From positions 1-48,484 of the IMG/VR virus record IMGVR_UViG_3300025600_000008: a DNA stretch of 48,484 nucleotides. One strand, given 5' to 3'. This stretch comes from a virus (taxonomy: Duplodnaviria; Caudoviricetes). This document shows, piece by piece, positions 46,596-48,484 of the stretch; position 1 is the stretch's first letter; every line of letters starts with the position of its first letter. Below the pieces are notes generated by a model that had not been told where the DNA came from, made no database searches, and saw nothing but the letters and a program-made list of their open reading frames with translations. The translations under genes were made by a program, and so were the position numbers.

Positions 46596-47255
46596 CTACT
46601 TTGTGATAAAATAACCGCCAACCAATCCGGCGGCCCCCCACACATACCATTTTTTGTACCATGAAGTTTTATTGATTACGTCTATTTGATAACCTGATGT
46701 TATTTTAGCGTTCGGGTCATCGGTATAAATGGTAATCTTTGTTTCTTTTCCTTTGGTTTCGGTTATTGAATTTAATTTTACTTTGTAATCATGCTTTAAA
46801 TCGTTAATCGTGTACATTTTTACATATCCGCTTAATGTCAGGTAGTCATCTGTCCATGCGAAGTGTTTTGCAGCCTCTGAAATACCGTCGTGAATGTAAA
46901 CCGTATCGGATAACGGGATTGAATCAATGCGTCCTGACGCCTCTAATTCTGCCTGTAATGTAGCGGTGATGTTTCGCCATTTAATGTCTTTTTGTCTTAG
47001 TTCTTTAATCGTTAAGCCGGTCAATTCAAGTGACTTTTTTAACACATTCGATTCGATCACAACGGAATTTAATTGAGAGTAAACCTGTCCGGTTTTCGTT
47101 TTGTAAACCCTCGCGCTGTCATTGGCGATTAATAACGCAACTGACTGCAAATCGATTGTTTTATCCTTACTGTTTATTTTGAAATATTGGACAATGATGA
47201 TAATTAACATTCCTGCGAATAGTGCATAAATGGCATACTTTAGATATTTATTCAT
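46596..47255 (-). CDS. Membrane-anchored lysis-cassette protein (spanin-like)
   Basis: N-terminal TM, coiled coil, C-terminal W.K.W...AAGLVGGY; last gene of the lysis operon. Confidence 0.6.
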   Translation of the reverse strand: MNKYLKYAIYALFAGMLIIIIVQYFKINSKDKTIDLQSVALLIANDSARVYKTKTGQVYSQLNSVVIESNVLKKSLELTGLTIKELRQKDIKWRNITATLQAELEASGRIDSIPLSDTVYIHDGISEAAKHFAWTDDYLTLSGYVKMYTINDLKHDYKVKLNSITETKGKETKITIYTDDPNAKITSGYQIDVINKTSWYKKWYVWGAAGLVGGYFITK

Positions 47256-47629
47256 GATGGTTGTGTTATTGATTTTTCTGTTTTTGTTGTGGTTTCTGTT
47301 GTTTCTGAACTGTCTTTTATTCCGGTTTTCATTTCGGCAAACTTTTGAATAGCTTTAGGTACTACGGTTGCAATTACCAATATCATAAATATATCCCAAT
47401 CAATGATTTTGAGTTGAGAAATAAGCATGTTATACGACTGTTCGGTAATGCAATTTTGAGTTAATAGTTTTGTATATTCCTGAAAATGTGATTCATAGTA
47501 AACGAATGAAAAGAAAGTATAAGCGCAAAGGAATATAAAAAACAAAGTTTCTAAAAACCTCATAAATGAATCTGTTACGCTACCATCTGGGTGTAATTCC
47601 TGCCAGAATCCGGCTTTAATTATTTTCAT
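47252..47629 (-). CDS. Holin-like two-TM protein
   Basis: S.MR, two TM helices, PKAIQKFAE; in the lysis cassette. Confidence 0.65.
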   Translation of the reverse strand: MKIIKAGFWQELHPDGSVTDSFMRFLETLFFIFLCAYTFFSFVYYESHFQEYTKLLTQNCITEQSYNMLISQLKIIDWDIFMILVIATVVPKAIQKFAEMKTGIKDSSETTETTTKTEKSITQPS

Positions 47630-47919
47630 ATTTCTGGTAATTCAACCGTTTGTCCTACCAAGTGGTGAAAACAATCATTTAAATATTGAATCTTGCCATT
47701 TTGTATAAAAGAATGGCATGTTTTTCCGGGTATAAATTTTTGAAGCAAGGATGGAGAAATTGTCGGATTTTCTAAATCCATATTGAAATCATGGTTTCCG
47801 CCTTCCGATTTTAAACTAAATGCGTGCTCATGTCCACATCCATTACAAAAATATAAATACTGTGTATGATGGTATTTTACTCCATCGATTATATTATCGA
47901 CTACTTTAATTTTTGCCAT
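47626..47919 (-). CDS. DUF6527-like Cys/His metal-binding protein
   Basis: C.GC...H, FN.D...PT.SPSLL, CHSFI..G.I.YL.DC.H.L.GQTV.LP. Confidence 0.75.
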   Translation of the reverse strand: MAKIKVVDNIIDGVKYHHTQYLYFCNGCGHEHAFSLKSEGGNHDFNMDLENPTISPSLLQKFIPGKTCHSFIQNGKIQYLNDCFHHLVGQTVELPEI

Positions 47920-47986
47920 ATGTTTATATTTTAATTTCCATCATCTTCAATTCTTAAGCGTTCAATTAATTGCCTTATTTCGTCAC

Positions 47987-48357
47987 TCATTCGGCAAATG
48001 TAAAGTCTGCCAATCGATTAAGCCAACCTTTGATAAATTTTTGTTGTGTTGGATTATTTTTGACAATATCCCAAAAGAATTTTTCACGTGCTTTTTTAAT
48101 ATCCTGAAATAATCCCTTTTGATTTGCGGTATTTACGGCTTTCAGTGTCATTGGACCAACTATTCCATCTTCGACTAATCCCATGATTCTTTGAGGTATG
48201 ATAATCCCCCATTTACCGCTATTCAGTAACCAGTCAACAAGAATACTTGCAATTGATTGGTTATTTATTTTATCGCCTTGCCATTTATCCCAAAAGTTTT
48301 CTTTGTAAAATTCAGCCACCAATTCATTAAGGTCTTCATTTCTGGATAGGTTTTTTG
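47987..48357 (-). CDS. Endolysin GH108, C-terminal part with peptidoglycan-binding domain
   Basis: FYK.NFWD, D...NSG, Q...G...DGI.GP.TL.A.N, F.KGWLNR. Confidence 0.92.
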
Positions 48358-48484
48358 GAAATTCGGTATAATTTTTAGCGTTATCAATCATTACCCATCC
48401 ATGCCAATTGGGCCAGAACTTACGGGAAATACCTCGAAAAGTTTCTAATCCTTTATCATCAGGATCGTTAACCCATCCCCCCTC
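48358..48484. repeat. Terminal direct repeat, copy 2 (circular assembly overlap)
   Basis: Identical to 1-127. Confidence 0.95.

Noticed and set aside
48358-48484. 127-bp terminal repeat as a biological DTR
   Set aside because: It falls inside the endolysin ORF and equals a standard k-mer length, so it is an assembly overlap
1-48484. Stop-codon reassignment
   Set aside because: Large genes are intact in the standard code, TAG and TGA are used as stops, and no suppressor tRNA is seen

Overview
Apparently complete circular genome (48,357 bp plus a 127-bp assembly overlap, 1-127 = 48358-48484) of a tailed dsDNA phage. The host is probably a Bacteroidota member, judged from many TAnnTTTG promoters, A-rich leaders without Shine-Dalgarno motifs and a Fib_succ_major-domain protein. 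Essentially every gene is on the minus strand. Order in transcription direction: lysis cassette (GH108 endolysin split across the contig ends), early small genes, recombination (Sak4-like ATPase, PD-(D/E)XK nuclease), replication (initiator, T7 gp4/Twinkle-like primase-helicase), helicase-DNA methyltransferase fusion, accessory ORFs, tRNA-Thr, terminases, head, siphovirus-type tail and receptor-binding genes. I see no integrase, DNA polymerase, reverse transcriptase or smpB. The most striking content is non-coding. (1) A compact, circularly permuted two-piece tmRNA gene at about 40020-40246 has a G3-U70 alanine acceptor stem, its own promoter and a tag frame (A)GKTIEMKMAA. (2) A predicted ~67-nt small RNA (46495-46561) has a 5' end antisense to an AAAAACGAUA motif shared by the leaders of many early genes. 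(3) At least six promoters carry AACATGYT boxes at fixed spacing. (4) Several pseudoknot or kissing-loop leader RNAs and a shrunken tRNA-like element occur. (5) Homopolymer tracts switch reading frames in three genes. All calls are by eye; no database searches were run.
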